A DNA stretch of 64,000 nt, from NCBI GenBank assembly GCA_947629935.1, contig CANRFQ010000001.1, forward strand, positions 95,042 to 159,041, written 5' to 3'. The first letter of the stretch is position 1. Each line of letters opens with the position of its first letter. The DNA comes from an uncultured Bacilli bacterium. GTDB lineage: Bacteria > Bacillota_I > Bacilli_A > RF39 > UBA660. The notes beneath the pieces are model-generated. The model was not told where the DNA came from. It ran no database searches and worked only from the letters and a program-made list of their open reading frames with translations. The position numbers and the translations under genes are program-made. Shown here piece by piece: positions 18,108 through 28,667 of the stretch.

Positions 18108-18977
18108 TTAACCTTTACGAGATTTTTTAGTCAATTTTTTTTCATCATAATCCTCTATTAAATAGCTTTGTAAATTAGAAGTGTGCGGACAATATTTAAG
18201 TTTTTTTAAAGCTTTATGCTCTCTAATAAATACTCTTTGTTTAGTTCTCCCAACTATTTTCCCTACTTCATCCAATGTCCGAACTTTACCATCATAAAGT
18301 CCATAATGTAACATTAAAATTTTAACATCTATCGGTTGCAAAATATTGAGAGCTTTTAACAAATCTTGGCTAATAAACTTTTGAATTACTTCTTCTTCAG
18401 GAGTTTGGTTAATATCAGGAATTTTATCACCTAATTCATCATTTTCATCCGCAGTTATTTTTTGATTCAAAGAAATAAGATCCTTAGTACTAAACAATAT
18501 TCTTTTTAATTTATCAACGCTAACTTTAAGTTCTGGGGCTATTTCTTCTAAAGAAGGAATTCGGTTTTCTTCTTTTAAATATTTATATATAACCAATTTA
18601 TATTTTGCTAACAAATCTTGGATTTCTTTTGGGGCTCTGATAGTTTGGCCATACTTTAGTATACTTTGCTGAATATTTTGATTTATCCAATAACCAGCAT
18701 AAGTAAGCAAACTATAATTTTTGGTTAAATCAAAACGTTCTATTGCTTTCATAAAACCAATCAATGCTTCTTGTTTGATATCATCCTTATCAAAAGTAGT
18801 ATCTAAAGGATGATATTTGTGGGCTTGTTGATAAATAAAATTCTGATGCATAGCAACAAGAGCATTAAAATATTGTGAATCATGAGTTTCTTGATATAGT
18901 TTAATTAATTCATGTTCCCTTTTTTGTTGATTACTTTTTTGGGGAGAATTATCATTCTCAGTTTTTAATTCTTTCAT
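18108..18977 (-). CDS. sigma-70 family RNA polymerase sigma factor (RpoD-like paralog)
   Basis: Region 2 (IGFMKAIERFDLTKNYSLLTYAGYWINQNIQQSI) and region 4 (LHYGLYDGKVRTLDEVGKIVGRTKQRVFIREHKALKKL). Confidence 0.8.
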   Translation of the reverse strand: MKELKTENDNSPQKSNQQKREHELIKLYQETHDSQYFNALVAMHQNFIYQQAHKYHPLDTTFDKDDIKQEALIGFMKAIERFDLTKNYSLLTYAGYWINQNIQQSILKYGQTIRAPKEIQDLLAKYKLVIYKYLKEENRIPSLEEIAPELKVSVDKLKRILFSTKDLISLNQKITADENDELGDKIPDINQTPEEEVIQKFISQDLLKALNILQPIDVKILMLHYGLYDGKVRTLDEVGKIVGRTKQRVFIREHKALKKLKYCPHTSNLQSYLIEDYDEKKLTKKSRKG

Positions 18978-18995
18978 AATTTTTCCCTTATAAAT

Positions 18996-21900
18996 TTATA
19001 TTCTTTCCTTTAACAACTTTGTTAGCGAATTGGTCAAAGCCTTAGGTTCTAATAAATCATTACAGTTTTCTTTAATAACTTGTAAGCCTTCTTTAATATA
19101 TTTTAGAGTTGTTAATTTATCTAACCCTAATAAATTAGCAATATTTTCTACTGAAAAATTATATCCTATTACTTCTGGTATATATAATATTGTAGCATAA
19201 ACTTTCATATTATAAAGATAATTTTTTAAAGTTAATGATAAGTTAGAGTTCTCTAATATTTCATTAATATTATTATTTTTTAAAGAAAATTGATCTAATT
19301 TTTCAGTACTAATAACCTTAAGAGGAAGATTTATGGGCTGATAATCATATATTTTAAGTTCTTCCCTTTTCCTTAAGGATAGATAAGTATCCTTTAAACT
19401 TTCAAAATCATCATTTTTACTTAAACGATAAACTTTATTTAAAGTTCTTACTATATTACTAATTATCATATAGAATCTAGTATCCTTTTTAGATTTTAAT
19501 GTACTATTAAAATCTTGAGGATTTTCCACAGAATTTTGACAGATTTTCAGATTTGTCTTAGTTTGATAACTTAAAAGTAAATCAACTATTTCCTTAGTTA
19601 TTGGATAAGAAATACGGCTTTCAATATATTGATATAAAGATCCGGAATTAAATTGTGATAACTTAATATCACCGTTTTTATATTCCGCATAATGTTTTTT
19701 TAGTAAACTTTTAAGGCGGTTTAATATATAATCAAAATTACCAGTATCTTCTTGTAAAGTGGCGCGATTAAAAGGGGTTTTAAAGTCCGGACCAAAATAA
19801 TTTTTAAGTGACTGTTGGAAATTTAAAGTTTGACTTTCAATAATATATAAAATATATTCTTCTTCATAATTTAAACGGTCAAATAAATTTAAAGCCGTTT
19901 GTTTTTTTGATGATATATATATTTTCTCATATGTAGCGCATAAAGTCTCGGGATTTTGATTTTCACTTTCTGCATAAACTTTTTCTATTTTACTTTTAAT
20001 TAAAAATATAAAACTACTAAATTTGTTGGCATCTTTGGGAGAAAGTGATTTATAAGTGGCTAATTGATAATCCTTTTCTAAAGCTAAAGATTTAAAGAAA
20101 TTTAATTGTGTTTTAGTTAAATTATTTAAAACTAAATCCATGAAAACTTGGTGAATATTATAATCAGGAATTCGATCTTGAATATAATAAGCTAAAGTAT
20201 ATTTTTTATATAAATTATTTTTTCCAAAAAATTGACCATTTTGATATTCTTTATAGTATCGTCCTAATTTTTTATAAAACTTATTTAAAATTATTTGCAA
20301 ATTTTCCTTTTGTTCGCTACTAAAATTTGCTATATTAATGTCTTCCTTATAATTTTCACCTAGTATACTAATAAATTCATCTTCTAAAAAGCTTGATCTA
20401 CTTAAAAGTCCATCAATATAATTTTGATCATAGAAATAAAAATATTCATAAAGATTAAAGGTAGTTAAAGAATTTAGATTTTTTAAGCGTCTAGGAGTAA
20501 GTAAAATATACTCTTTTTTTAATTCATTAATATTTCCATCTGGAACTTTTTCGTAAGCTAACATTAACTTTTCAATAACCATATTAATAACATGATAAAA
20601 TTTTAGTGGATCATCATTATCTAAATTATAAGCACTAGCTGCCGAAAATGGTTTTTGACAAAATAAGGATAAGGTTTTCTCTTGCTTTCCGGTTAAAGAT
20701 TTTAAAGCATAATCTACTAATTGTTTATCTATTTTTAAATTCGTAACTCTTTTATTTATGTAATCCATAATAGTCATATATTGAAGATTAGTAGTTGTTA
20801 AAAGGCCATTTTGATATTCTGCATATCGACTCTCCAAGTAACTACGCACTTTCTCTAAAAGTTCATTTAATTTATCTTTATCCTGTTTGTTTAAATCATT
20901 GAAATTTACAGACTTTGATAAATCTTCTCCAAAATATTGTTTTAACATTTGCAAACGCTTGGTAGTATCAAGCTTTAGCATATAGTTTATATATTCTAAA
21001 TCATAGTTTTGGTAGTATTCATAAAAATTAAAAATTTCGGTTTTTTTCTGTTCATAATGGTTATTTTCATTAATAATTCTTTTAAGGTTCTCTATATCCC
21101 CATTATTGTGTGCTTGACGATAAGCTTTCTTTAAAATATTGCGAATATTGGCCAATAAATTAGCTAAGATATTTTTGGTTTGAGTATTGACAATATAGAA
21201 AGTCCCATTTTTATAATCTTGACCAAATAATGTTTGAAAAAACTTGATTGTCTTTTCAGAAGAATTATCAAGTACGTAGTCAATAATCTCTTGAGAAAAT
21301 TGATAAGTTTTATTATTAACTAAACTATATATATTACTTAATTTAATGTCATAATTTTGTTGGTGCACTTCTAAAGCCCTTGTCTGCAGTTGCGAATCAT
21401 TATTTAAATTTGAATCATAAACTAAATGTAACTGATAATTTAGATTAATAATAATTTGACAAAAAAGAGCTATATTAATATTATTTAAATTTAAAGATTG
21501 GGAATTTTTATAATCTTCGCTTTGCCAAACCTTTTGTAATAAACCAATTTCTCTTTTACTTAAACTATTTAAAAAAATATCAATAATTTCTTTATGATAA
21601 TTAACTTTTGGATTAAATTTTTGTAAATAGCTATATATATCGATATTAAGAGTACCATTTTCATTAGAGCTTATAAAATCATGAGAAATCACGGAAAACA
21701 ATTGGGAATCATAAAGATAAAAAGGATAATATTTAGCTAGCAAATTTTGAAAATTATATAATTTTGTTAAGCTGTTATTAGATAAACGAATTTTTTCATT
21801 AGTAAATGGGAGATCACTTTCATTCGAATAAGCTTTAATCATTAAATCGAGGTATTCTTTAGGATAATTGGCAAAATATTCGTGCATATTAAGAACTTTT

Positions 21901-23660
21901 AGGGGCACTTTTTCATTTTTTTCGAGTTTTGCAAAAATATATTTTACGCGATTTAAGGAATTGTCATCTATAAAAACCTTAGCTTCTAAATTAGAGCCAA
22001 ATTTAGAAGTTAATAGATTGTAATCTTCTAACGTTAAATAATTTAAATAATTTTGGATTTTCGATTTCGAAAGGGCAAAATATTGATTAATTGTTTTGCT
22101 GTGACATGCTTCGTATTCTTCCTGCTTGGTTTGCAAAGTTTGAGCAAAATCTGCTTGAGCCATTTTAAAAGCATCGGCATAAAAGAATATGCGCAGTAAA
22201 TTAAAATCCTGATTAGGTTTTAAACATAAAGAATCATAATAAGTTTGATTTAGACAATATTTAATATATTCTGGGTTATATTGGTCATATAAGGTGTAAA
22301 TATTAACAAGCTTACCATCTGCAAACAGTTGAAATAAATCCGGATTTTTAATTGCTACCTCTAAAGCATATTCCGATTTAGTTTTAAGAAAAAATTGTTT
22401 ATATTTTTTAATAAATTGGTGAAGTGGCTCCATATTTGGTACATATTGTTGAGGAATTTTTTTCGTTAAACTTTCACCCCAATTTTTCTTTACGCCCTCT
22501 TTAACATAATCAGGCATATATTTAAGAGCAATCTTAATTAACTCTATACTAGTATGAAAATAATCTGTTATTTTAAAGTCCTCGGTTCTTTTAGATATAG
22601 AATTATCTTCCCAATCATCTCTAATATAACTTTGCAAAGGTTTAAATTTATAATAATTTTTTAATTTATTTAAAGCTTTTTTTTCAATTTGTCTAATTCT
22701 TTCTCGCGTTACATTAAATACTTGTCCTACTTCCTCCAAAGTCCTTTCTCGTCCATCACCTAATCCAAATCTTAAAGAAAGAATACGCATTTGACGAGGA
22801 TTTAAAATTTTTTGCATTATTTGTAATATTTCTTTACTTTTAACATTTTCAATAATCTCTCTTTCAATATCTAACTCTGTATCAGGGATAAATTCTTGCA
22901 GTTCACTTTCATCATCCTCAAAAGTGGTTTGTAAAGAAATAGTTTTTTGATTAAATTTTTTGTATTCCTGAATTCTACCAACAGTTACTCCCAACTCATC
23001 TGCAAGTTCTTTTTCAGTTGGTTCTCTTCCTAATATTTCGGTAAGTCTTACTTGCGTTCTAATCATCTTATTAATCTTATCGCGCATATGGACGGGAATT
23101 CTAATAGTTTCAGAGCTATCGGCAATGGTTCTTGAGATACTTTGATTTATCCACCAAGTAGCATAAGTAGAAAATTTATAACCCTTTGTGTAATCAAATT
23201 TATCAATAGCTTTTAAAAGTCCTTCATTACCCGCTTGAATTAAATCTAAAAATTCCAGACTGTGCCCTACATATTTTTTGGCAATAGAAACAACTAAACG
23301 TAAATTAGCTTCCGTAAATTTACGTTTGGCTTCTTTATTTCCTGCCGCTGTAGCTTTGGCTAAAGCAATCTCTTCTTGAACTGTTAATAATTTAATTTGG
23401 CCAATTTCTTTTAAATACACTTTGACAGAATCATCATATACAAAATCATAGTTTTCTTCCTCGTAAAAGTTAGCTTCATCGGTTTTTGAAACTTTTATTT
23501 CTACATTATTTTCTGTCAAAAAATTATATAAATCATCAAAAGAATCACTATTTAACTTTAACTCCTTAATTAAATTATCTAATTCATTTAAAGTGACATA
23601 ACCTCGATCTTGGCCTAATTTTAATAATTCTGCCTTTTTTTCCTTATAATCTTCAACCAT
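18996..23660 (-). CDS. rpoD: primary sigma factor RpoD fused to a ~1200-aa C-terminal repeat-containing extension
   Basis: The N-terminal ~345 aa are a complete sigma-70: region 1.2, region 2 ([20 protein letters not shown]), region 3 and region 4 ([37 protein letters not shown]). The same ORF then continues for about 1200 aa, including at least three ~190-aa tandem repeats (YFGxD...EYxNG...LTxxQ). Confidence 0.85.
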   Translation of the reverse strand: MVEDYKEKKAELLKLGQDRGYVTLNELDNLIKELKLNSDSFDDLYNFLTENNVEIKVSKTDEANFYEEENYDFVYDDSVKVYLKEIGQIKLLTVQEEIALAKATAAGNKEAKRKFTEANLRLVVSIAKKYVGHSLEFLDLIQAGNEGLLKAIDKFDYTKGYKFSTYATWWINQSISRTIADSSETIRIPVHMRDKINKMIRTQVRLTEILGREPTEKELADELGVTVGRIQEYKKFNQKTISLQTTFEDDESELQEFIPDTELDIEREIIENVKSKEILQIMQKILNPRQMRILSLRFGLGDGRERTLEEVGQVFNVTRERIRQIEKKALNKLKNYYKFKPLQSYIRDDWEDNSISKRTEDFKITDYFHTSIELIKIALKYMPDYVKEGVKKNWGESLTKKIPQQYVPNMEPLHQFIKKYKQFFLKTKSEYALEVAIKNPDLFQLFADGKLVNIYTLYDQYNPEYIKYCLNQTYYDSLCLKPNQDFNLLRIFFYADAFKMAQADFAQTLQTKQEEYEACHSKTINQYFALSKSKIQNYLNYLTLEDYNLLTSKFGSNLEAKVFIDDNSLNRVKYIFAKLEKNEKVPLKVLNMHEYFANYPKEYLDLMIKAYSNESDLPFTNEKIRLSNNSLTKLYNFQNLLAKYYPFYLYDSQLFSVISHDFISSNENGTLNIDIYSYLQKFNPKVNYHKEIIDIFLNSLSKREIGLLQKVWQSEDYKNSQSLNLNNINIALFCQIIINLNYQLHLVYDSNLNNDSQLQTRALEVHQQNYDIKLSNIYSLVNNKTYQFSQEIIDYVLDNSSEKTIKFFQTLFGQDYKNGTFYIVNTQTKNILANLLANIRNILKKAYRQAHNNGDIENLKRIINENNHYEQKKTEIFNFYEYYQNYDLEYINYMLKLDTTKRLQMLKQYFGEDLSKSVNFNDLNKQDKDKLNELLEKVRSYLESRYAEYQNGLLTTTNLQYMTIMDYINKRVTNLKIDKQLVDYALKSLTGKQEKTLSLFCQKPFSAASAYNLDNDDPLKFYHVINMVIEKLMLAYEKVPDGNINELKKEYILLTPRRLKNLNSLTTFNLYEYFYFYDQNYIDGLLSRSSFLEDEFISILGENYKEDINIANFSSEQKENLQIILNKFYKKLGRYYKEYQNGQFFGKNNLYKKYTLAYYIQDRIPDYNIHQVFMDLVLNNLTKTQLNFFKSLALEKDYQLATYKSLSPKDANKFSSFIFLIKSKIEKVYAESENQNPETLCATYEKIYISSKKQTALNLFDRLNYEEEYILYIIESQTLNFQQSLKNYFGPDFKTPFNRATLQEDTGNFDYILNRLKSLLKKHYAEYKNGDIKLSQFNSGSLYQYIESRISYPITKEIVDLLLSYQTKTNLKICQNSVENPQDFNSTLKSKKDTRFYMIISNIVRTLNKVYRLSKNDDFESLKDTYLSLRKREELKIYDYQPINLPLKVISTEKLDQFSLKNNNINEILENSNLSLTLKNYLYNMKVYATILYIPEVIGYNFSVENIANLLGLDKLTTLKYIKEGLQVIKENCNDLLEPKALTNSLTKLLKERI

Positions 23661-23687
23661 TTTAAAAACTCCCCAACTTATTTACCT

Positions 23688-23716
23688 AGTGTACTTAATT
23701 TCGCTTTTTATGTCAA
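23688..23716 (-). promoter_or_regulatory. sigma-A type promoter of rpoD
   Basis: Minus-strand TTGACA, a 17-nt spacer, then TACACT. GGGGAG SD lies before the ATG at 23660. Confidence 0.5.
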
Positions 23717-23752
23717 GAAAAAAGAGCTAAAATTTTACGGTAAAATATTAGC
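23717..23752 (-). terminator. tyrS terminator
   Basis: GAGCTAA...TTAGCTC hairpin followed by TTTTTTC on the minus strand. Confidence 0.5.
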
Positions 23753-24949
23753 TCGCCAATAATTTTTCTTGCCCTTTTGAATAATAAAACTTTCTTCTTT
23801 TAAAATGTTGTTATCAACGATAAAATTAGGATCAAGTTGTTTTTCATTATTTAAAGAAATTCCCCCTTGGATAATTAGCCGGCGCGCCTCACTTTTCGAA
23901 GGAGCAATTTTTGTTTCTACTAAGAAATCAACAAGCGTTATTCCTTGTTCTAAAACACTTTTGGCCACATCAACTGCTGGCATATCCGCACTAATGCCTT
24001 TATGGGCAAAGACTTCTTCACTAGTTTTTTGTGCTTTTAAAGCCTCTTCTTCACCATGAACAAATTTCACAACTTCAAAAGCTAAAGTCTTCGCAGCTTC
24101 TCTTAACTCCGGTTTTTCTTGATGTTTTTGAGCTAATTTTTCAATTTCTTCTAAAGATAAAAAAGTATAAATTTTTAAATAAGGAATAACCATTTCATCT
24201 TCAGAATTTAAGAAAAACTGATACAATTCATATGGTGATGTTTTTTCTTTATCAAGCCACAATGCTCCTTTTTCACTTTTCCCAAACTTAGTTCCATCTT
24301 TCTTCGTTACTAAAGGCATTGTAAAAGCATATGCTTCTTTATTTAATTTCTTGCGAATTAATTCAATACCAGCGGTGATATTACCCCATTGATCTTGTCC
24401 CGCAACTTGCATAGTACAATTATTACTTTGATATAAATGCATAAAATCTAATGATTGCATTATCATATAAGAAAATTCGGTATAAGTGATACCTTCATCT
24501 AATCTTCTTCTAATTATATCCTTGTTAAGCATATAATTAATATTAAAATATTTTCCATAATCTCTTAAATAATCAATAAAAGTTATATCTTTACTCCACT
24601 CATAATTATCAACAACTAAAACGTCCGGAAATAGTTTTTCAATTTGTTTTTTTAAGCCTTCAAAATTATGATGCACTTCCTCATAAGTTATCATCGCACG
24701 TTCGGCCGTAGGACGAGGATCCCCAATCAAACCGGTTGCTCCTCCTATTAAAATAATCGGTTTATGACCATATGCCGCTAGCCTTTTACAGATTAAAAGC
24801 GAAGATAAATGGCCAATATGTAAACTATCGGCGGTTGGATCTGTGCCAATATAAAATGTCATTTTTTCTTCATTTAATTTTTTTTCTATCTCAGGACTAG
24901 AAATATCTTTAATTAATCCTCTTTTTTTTAATTCTTCAAAACATGTCAT
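23735..24949 (-). CDS. tyrS: tyrosyl-tRNA synthetase
   Basis: HIGH motif (LHIGHL), KFGKS motif and a C-terminal S4-like domain. The start was moved to MTCFEELKKRGLI, which has SD AAAGGAG. Confidence 0.9.
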   Translation of the reverse strand: MTCFEELKKRGLIKDISSPEIEKKLNEEKMTFYIGTDPTADSLHIGHLSSLLICKRLAAYGHKPIILIGGATGLIGDPRPTAERAMITYEEVHHNFEGLKKQIEKLFPDVLVVDNYEWSKDITFIDYLRDYGKYFNINYMLNKDIIRRRLDEGITYTEFSYMIMQSLDFMHLYQSNNCTMQVAGQDQWGNITAGIELIRKKLNKEAYAFTMPLVTKKDGTKFGKSEKGALWLDKEKTSPYELYQFFLNSEDEMVIPYLKIYTFLSLEEIEKLAQKHQEKPELREAAKTLAFEVVKFVHGEEEALKAQKTSEEVFAHKGISADMPAVDVAKSVLEQGITLVDFLVETKIAPSKSEARRLIIQGGISLNNEKQLDPNFIVDNNILKEESFIIQKGKKNYWRANILP

Positions 24950-25200
24950 AATCTCACTCCTTTTAAAAAATAAAAAGTTCATAAACTTAAGGGTGCAGCA
25001 AAGCACGGTACCACCTTAATTTATGAACTAATCATACACTTTAGACCTTTAACGAAGTTACCCGTTTTAAACTCCTATTTTTGTAATTTCTTTTATAAAT
25101 TGTTTTTGTTTTCACCAACCACAAAATCTCTTTAGCCAAATTTATAAAATACTTTAAAATAATCTTTGTTTAACTAAATTTAGTATAGCATACTAATCTT
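24950..25200 (-). promoter_or_regulatory. T-box riboswitch leader (Tyr) of tyrS
   Basis: Minus-strand AAGGTGGTACCGTG T-box sequence. A terminator GTTCATAAATTAAGG...CCTTAAGTTTATGAAC is followed by a T-run. A candidate UAC specifier is present. Confidence 0.6.
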
Positions 25201-25215
25201 TATTTTTCAAATCAA

Positions 25216-26193
25216 CTAAATATGCTTTTCATATTCATTAATAGTATCTAATAATTCCTGTTTAGTTTTACATTGACAGATTTTCTTTTTCATTTCTTTA
25301 CTTTCTGGCATACCTTTTAAGTAATATAAAATATGATTTCGAATTTCCAAATTAGCCAATTTTTCAATTTTATATTTTAAAAGTAATTGATAATGTTTTT
25401 TCATCATTGCTACTTTTTCCAAATTCGACACTTCTTGAGGTTCAATCCCTTTTTCTAAATAATCGTTGCATTCTTTAATAAGCCACGGATTGCCTAAAGC
25501 TCCTCGACCAATCATGACAGCATCGCACTTAGTTTCATCTAACATTTTTTGAGCATCATAGCAACTTTTTATGTCTCCATTACCAATAACGGGAATATTC
25601 ACACTTTCTTTAACTTGTTTGATAATATTCCAGTCCGCCTGTCCACTATAGCCTTGAGTTTTGGTTCTCGCATGAATAGCAATAGCATCAGCTCCAGCCT
25701 CTTCACATATTTTAGCTATTAATGGGGCATTAATATGTCCTTCATCCCAACCACTACGAATTTTTACAGTAACAGGTACATTAACAGCTTGTTTCACAGC
25801 TGTAACGATTTCCTTCACTTTATCAGGATTTTTTAAAAGAGCACTTCCCGCCTCATTTTTAATAGCTACTTTAGGAACTGGACAGCCCATATTAATATCA
25901 ATAATTTTAGCTCCATAATCCTCGACTAATATTGACGCAGCTTTGGCCATAGTCTTAGGATTTGAACCAAAAATTTGAAAAGCTACAGGAATATTAAGCT
26001 CATTTAAGCCATTTAACATATCAAAAGTTTTTTTATTCCCTCTGACAATTGCTTCAGAACTTAAAAGCTCCGTTATTGCATAACCTAAAGAAAAATCAGC
26101 ACATATTTTAATAAAGGTCGCATCTGAAATTCCGGCCATTGGAGCTAAGACAATTTTATTTTTAATTTTAATATTTCCTATACAAAATCCCAT
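25216..26193 (-). CDS. dusB: tRNA-dihydrouridine synthase
   Basis: Dus family FMN-binding TIM barrel (LAPMAGISD, NMGCPVPKV, catalytic Cys region). Confidence 0.85.
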   Translation of the reverse strand: MGFCIGNIKIKNKIVLAPMAGISDATFIKICADFSLGYAITELLSSEAIVRGNKKTFDMLNGLNELNIPVAFQIFGSNPKTMAKAASILVEDYGAKIIDINMGCPVPKVAIKNEAGSALLKNPDKVKEIVTAVKQAVNVPVTVKIRSGWDEGHINAPLIAKICEEAGADAIAIHARTKTQGYSGQADWNIIKQVKESVNIPVIGNGDIKSCYDAQKMLDETKCDAVMIGRGALGNPWLIKECNDYLEKGIEPQEVSNLEKVAMMKKHYQLLLKYKIEKLANLEIRNHILYYLKGMPESKEMKKKICQCKTKQELLDTINEYEKHI

Positions 26194-26271
26194 AATTTCC
26201 TCACATGTTTATAATACTTAAATATGTTTAGGATTGCAAGGATTTATGTTATAATCGAGGTGGGTGACAAA

Positions 26272-28002
26272 ATGAAAAAAGAAGATTTTACTTGGGATTT
26301 TCAAGATTTTTTTCTAAATGACGAGGATTTTATAGAAACTAAAAAGCAATTTTTAATAAGTGTAAAAAATTTAGAGGAAAGTTTTAAAACTTTAAACTTA
26401 GAAGAAAAATTAAAAAATTATTATGATTTAGCACTTACAGCCGAAAAATTACATACTTACGCTGAACTTAATTATGATTTAAATCTGGCTAGCGATATCT
26501 ATGCTAAATATAAGGATGAAGTTTACATAGTTAAAGGAAAAATAGCTCAATTTAAAAATATTATCAATGAAGAAATTTTAAAAATTGATATGCCTTTGGA
26601 TATGTATATGCATAAATACCCTCATATGCAAAAATACTATATGCATTTTTATGATGTTTTAAGATGTAAAAAGCACAATATTAACTCTACTTTAACCACT
26701 AAAGAAGGCATAGCTATTGAAAATGTTAATACACTTTATAATACGCTTATGAATGTGGAGTTACCGTGTGAAGATATCCAAATAGATAAAGAAAAAGTGA
26801 AAGCTGATAAAAGTGCTTACAATAAATATAGTAAAAGTAAAGACCGTAATATTAGAAAAAATATATTCCTAGGTTTTATGCACAGTTTAGCTAATGTTAA
26901 TAAAAGTGTTAGTGGCCTTCTGAATTTAAGATATCAAATGTGTTATGATATTGCTTCTGAAAAAAATTTTAATTCCATTTTGGAGCAAGTTATAATTGAA
27001 GATGATTTAGATATGAAAATCATTGATAATTTAATTAAAGCCGTTCATGATAATCTAGAATTATTAAATAGATACTTAACTTTAAAAAAGCAAAGACAAG
27101 GTTTAGAAGATTTCCATTTTTATGATTTAACTATTAATGAGGATTACAATCCAAAATATACTTTTAATGAGGCCTTAGATGTTATTAAAGAAGCTCTAAA
27201 AGTTATGGGAGAAGACTATCGAGAAAAATTAGATATTGCTTTAAGTAGTGGATGTATTGATGCTTTTGAAAGAAAAAATAAATTTGGTGGCGGCTATCAT
27301 TTTCGTAATTATATTAAACCTATGATTTTAATGAATTATAAAGATAATTTTCGAGAAGTTGCCACATTAGCGCATGAACTAGGACATGCTGTAAATGGGA
27401 TTTATATAAGAGAAAATCAAACTTATCAAGATTTTCATTTCTCCGCATTTTTATCGGAAGTAGCTTCTACTGTTAACGAAGACCGTGTGGAAAAATATTT
27501 ATATGATAAAGCTGAGGATGAAAATAAAATTATTCATTTAGAACAAATTATTGATAAAATGACAACAGCTATCTATTTTCAAACTTTATATTTAGAATTT
27601 CAAAAAATATTATGCGAAGAAATTGAACAAGGAAATTCACTGAGTGCTTCTTTTATTAATGAGACCTTTATTAATTTATATAAAAAATATTATTATACAG
27701 TAGATGTTGATGAAGAATTAAAATATTTATGGCAAACAAGATTACACTTATTTTATGGCCAATATCGCTATTATAATTTTCAATATGCTACTGGAAAAAT
27801 TGCTGCTTTAGTTATTAATAAAAATATTGATGAGGGTAATATAACAGATTATTTAAATTTTTTAACTATTGGTGGTAGTAAACCTACTTTAGAGGCTTTA
27901 AAACAAGCTGGTATTGATTTAAGTAATCCCCAAATTTATGATAATGCATTTTCTTATTTAAATAATTTATTAAATGATTATGAAAGACTTTTAACAAAAT
28001 AA
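26272..28002 (+). CDS. pepF: oligoendopeptidase F (M3B family)
   Basis: HELGHAV zinc motif. The size and layout match PepF. The start was moved to MKKEDFTWDF, which has GAGGTG upstream. Confidence 0.8.
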   Translation: MKKEDFTWDFQDFFLNDEDFIETKKQFLISVKNLEESFKTLNLEEKLKNYYDLALTAEKLHTYAELNYDLNLASDIYAKYKDEVYIVKGKIAQFKNIINEEILKIDMPLDMYMHKYPHMQKYYMHFYDVLRCKKHNINSTLTTKEGIAIENVNTLYNTLMNVELPCEDIQIDKEKVKADKSAYNKYSKSKDRNIRKNIFLGFMHSLANVNKSVSGLLNLRYQMCYDIASEKNFNSILEQVIIEDDLDMKIIDNLIKAVHDNLELLNRYLTLKKQRQGLEDFHFYDLTINEDYNPKYTFNEALDVIKEALKVMGEDYREKLDIALSSGCIDAFERKNKFGGGYHFRNYIKPMILMNYKDNFREVATLAHELGHAVNGIYIRENQTYQDFHFSAFLSEVASTVNEDRVEKYLYDKAEDENKIIHLEQIIDKMTTAIYFQTLYLEFQKILCEEIEQGNSLSASFINETFINLYKKYYYTVDVDEELKYLWQTRLHLFYGQYRYYNFQYATGKIAALVINKNIDEGNITDYLNFLTIGGSKPTLEALKQAGIDLSNPQIYDNAFSYLNNLLNDYERLLTK

Positions 28003-28003
28003 A

Positions 28004-28046
28004 AAGAATGGCTTAAGTTTAAACTTTTAAATCATTCTTTTTTTAT
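28004..28046. terminator. bidirectional terminator between pepF and the pduL-like gene
   Basis: AAGAATG...CATTCTT hairpin followed by TTTTTT. Confidence 0.5.
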
Positions 28047-28618
28047 TTTAAAGTATCGCTTACTTCAACTTCATCATCATTATTAAGCATAAAAGCAAAA
28101 GCATCATCTGTATCGATGTGTAATTCTAAATAACCATTATCACTAACTTTTGCCACAGCTTCCATTATACCACTTTTTTCCCCATTGATTTTAATGTAAA
28201 GCTTTTCATCATCAACAATGTTATATTTTTGGGCATCTTCTGGATTAAAATGGACATGGCGATTAGCAATTATTATGCCTTCTTCTAAATCGACACGGCC
28301 CTTGGGGCCAATAATTGTTACCGGAACAGAGCCCTTAACATTGCCACTTTTTCTAACCGGCGGTTTTACTTTCAACTTGCGAGCATCACTGGCGGAAATC
28401 TCCACTTGATTATAAGGACGAAAGGGACCAATAATTCTTAAATTTTTAAGTTCATATTCTCCACATTTAATATCTACAGTTTGATTAGAGGCAAACTCTC
28501 CTATTTGATGTAAATTATTTCTTACTGTTAACTCTTCGGCAAATAATTTTTCATAAGTTTCTTTTGTCAAATGAACATGATGATTACTTATTCCTACTTT
28601 AATTCTTTCTTGCATATA
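28043..28618 (-). CDS. PduL/EutD-type phosphotransacylase-like protein
   Basis: Two repeats of the PduL domain signature (GISNHHVHL and IIANRHVHF). Confidence 0.6.
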   Translation of the reverse strand, partial: YMQERIKVGISNHHVHLTKETYEKLFAEELTVRNNLHQIGEFASNQTVDIKCGEYELKNLRIIGPFRPYNQVEISASDARKLKVKPPVRKSGNVKGSVPVTIIGPKGRVDLEEGIIIANRHVHFNPEDAQKYNIVDDEKLYIKINGEKSGIMEAVAKVSDNGYLELHIDTDDAFAFMLNNDDEVEVSDTLK

Positions 28619-28667
28619 TATACCCTCTTTCTTTAAAATTATACAAAGAACAAAAAAAGAAAACAAG

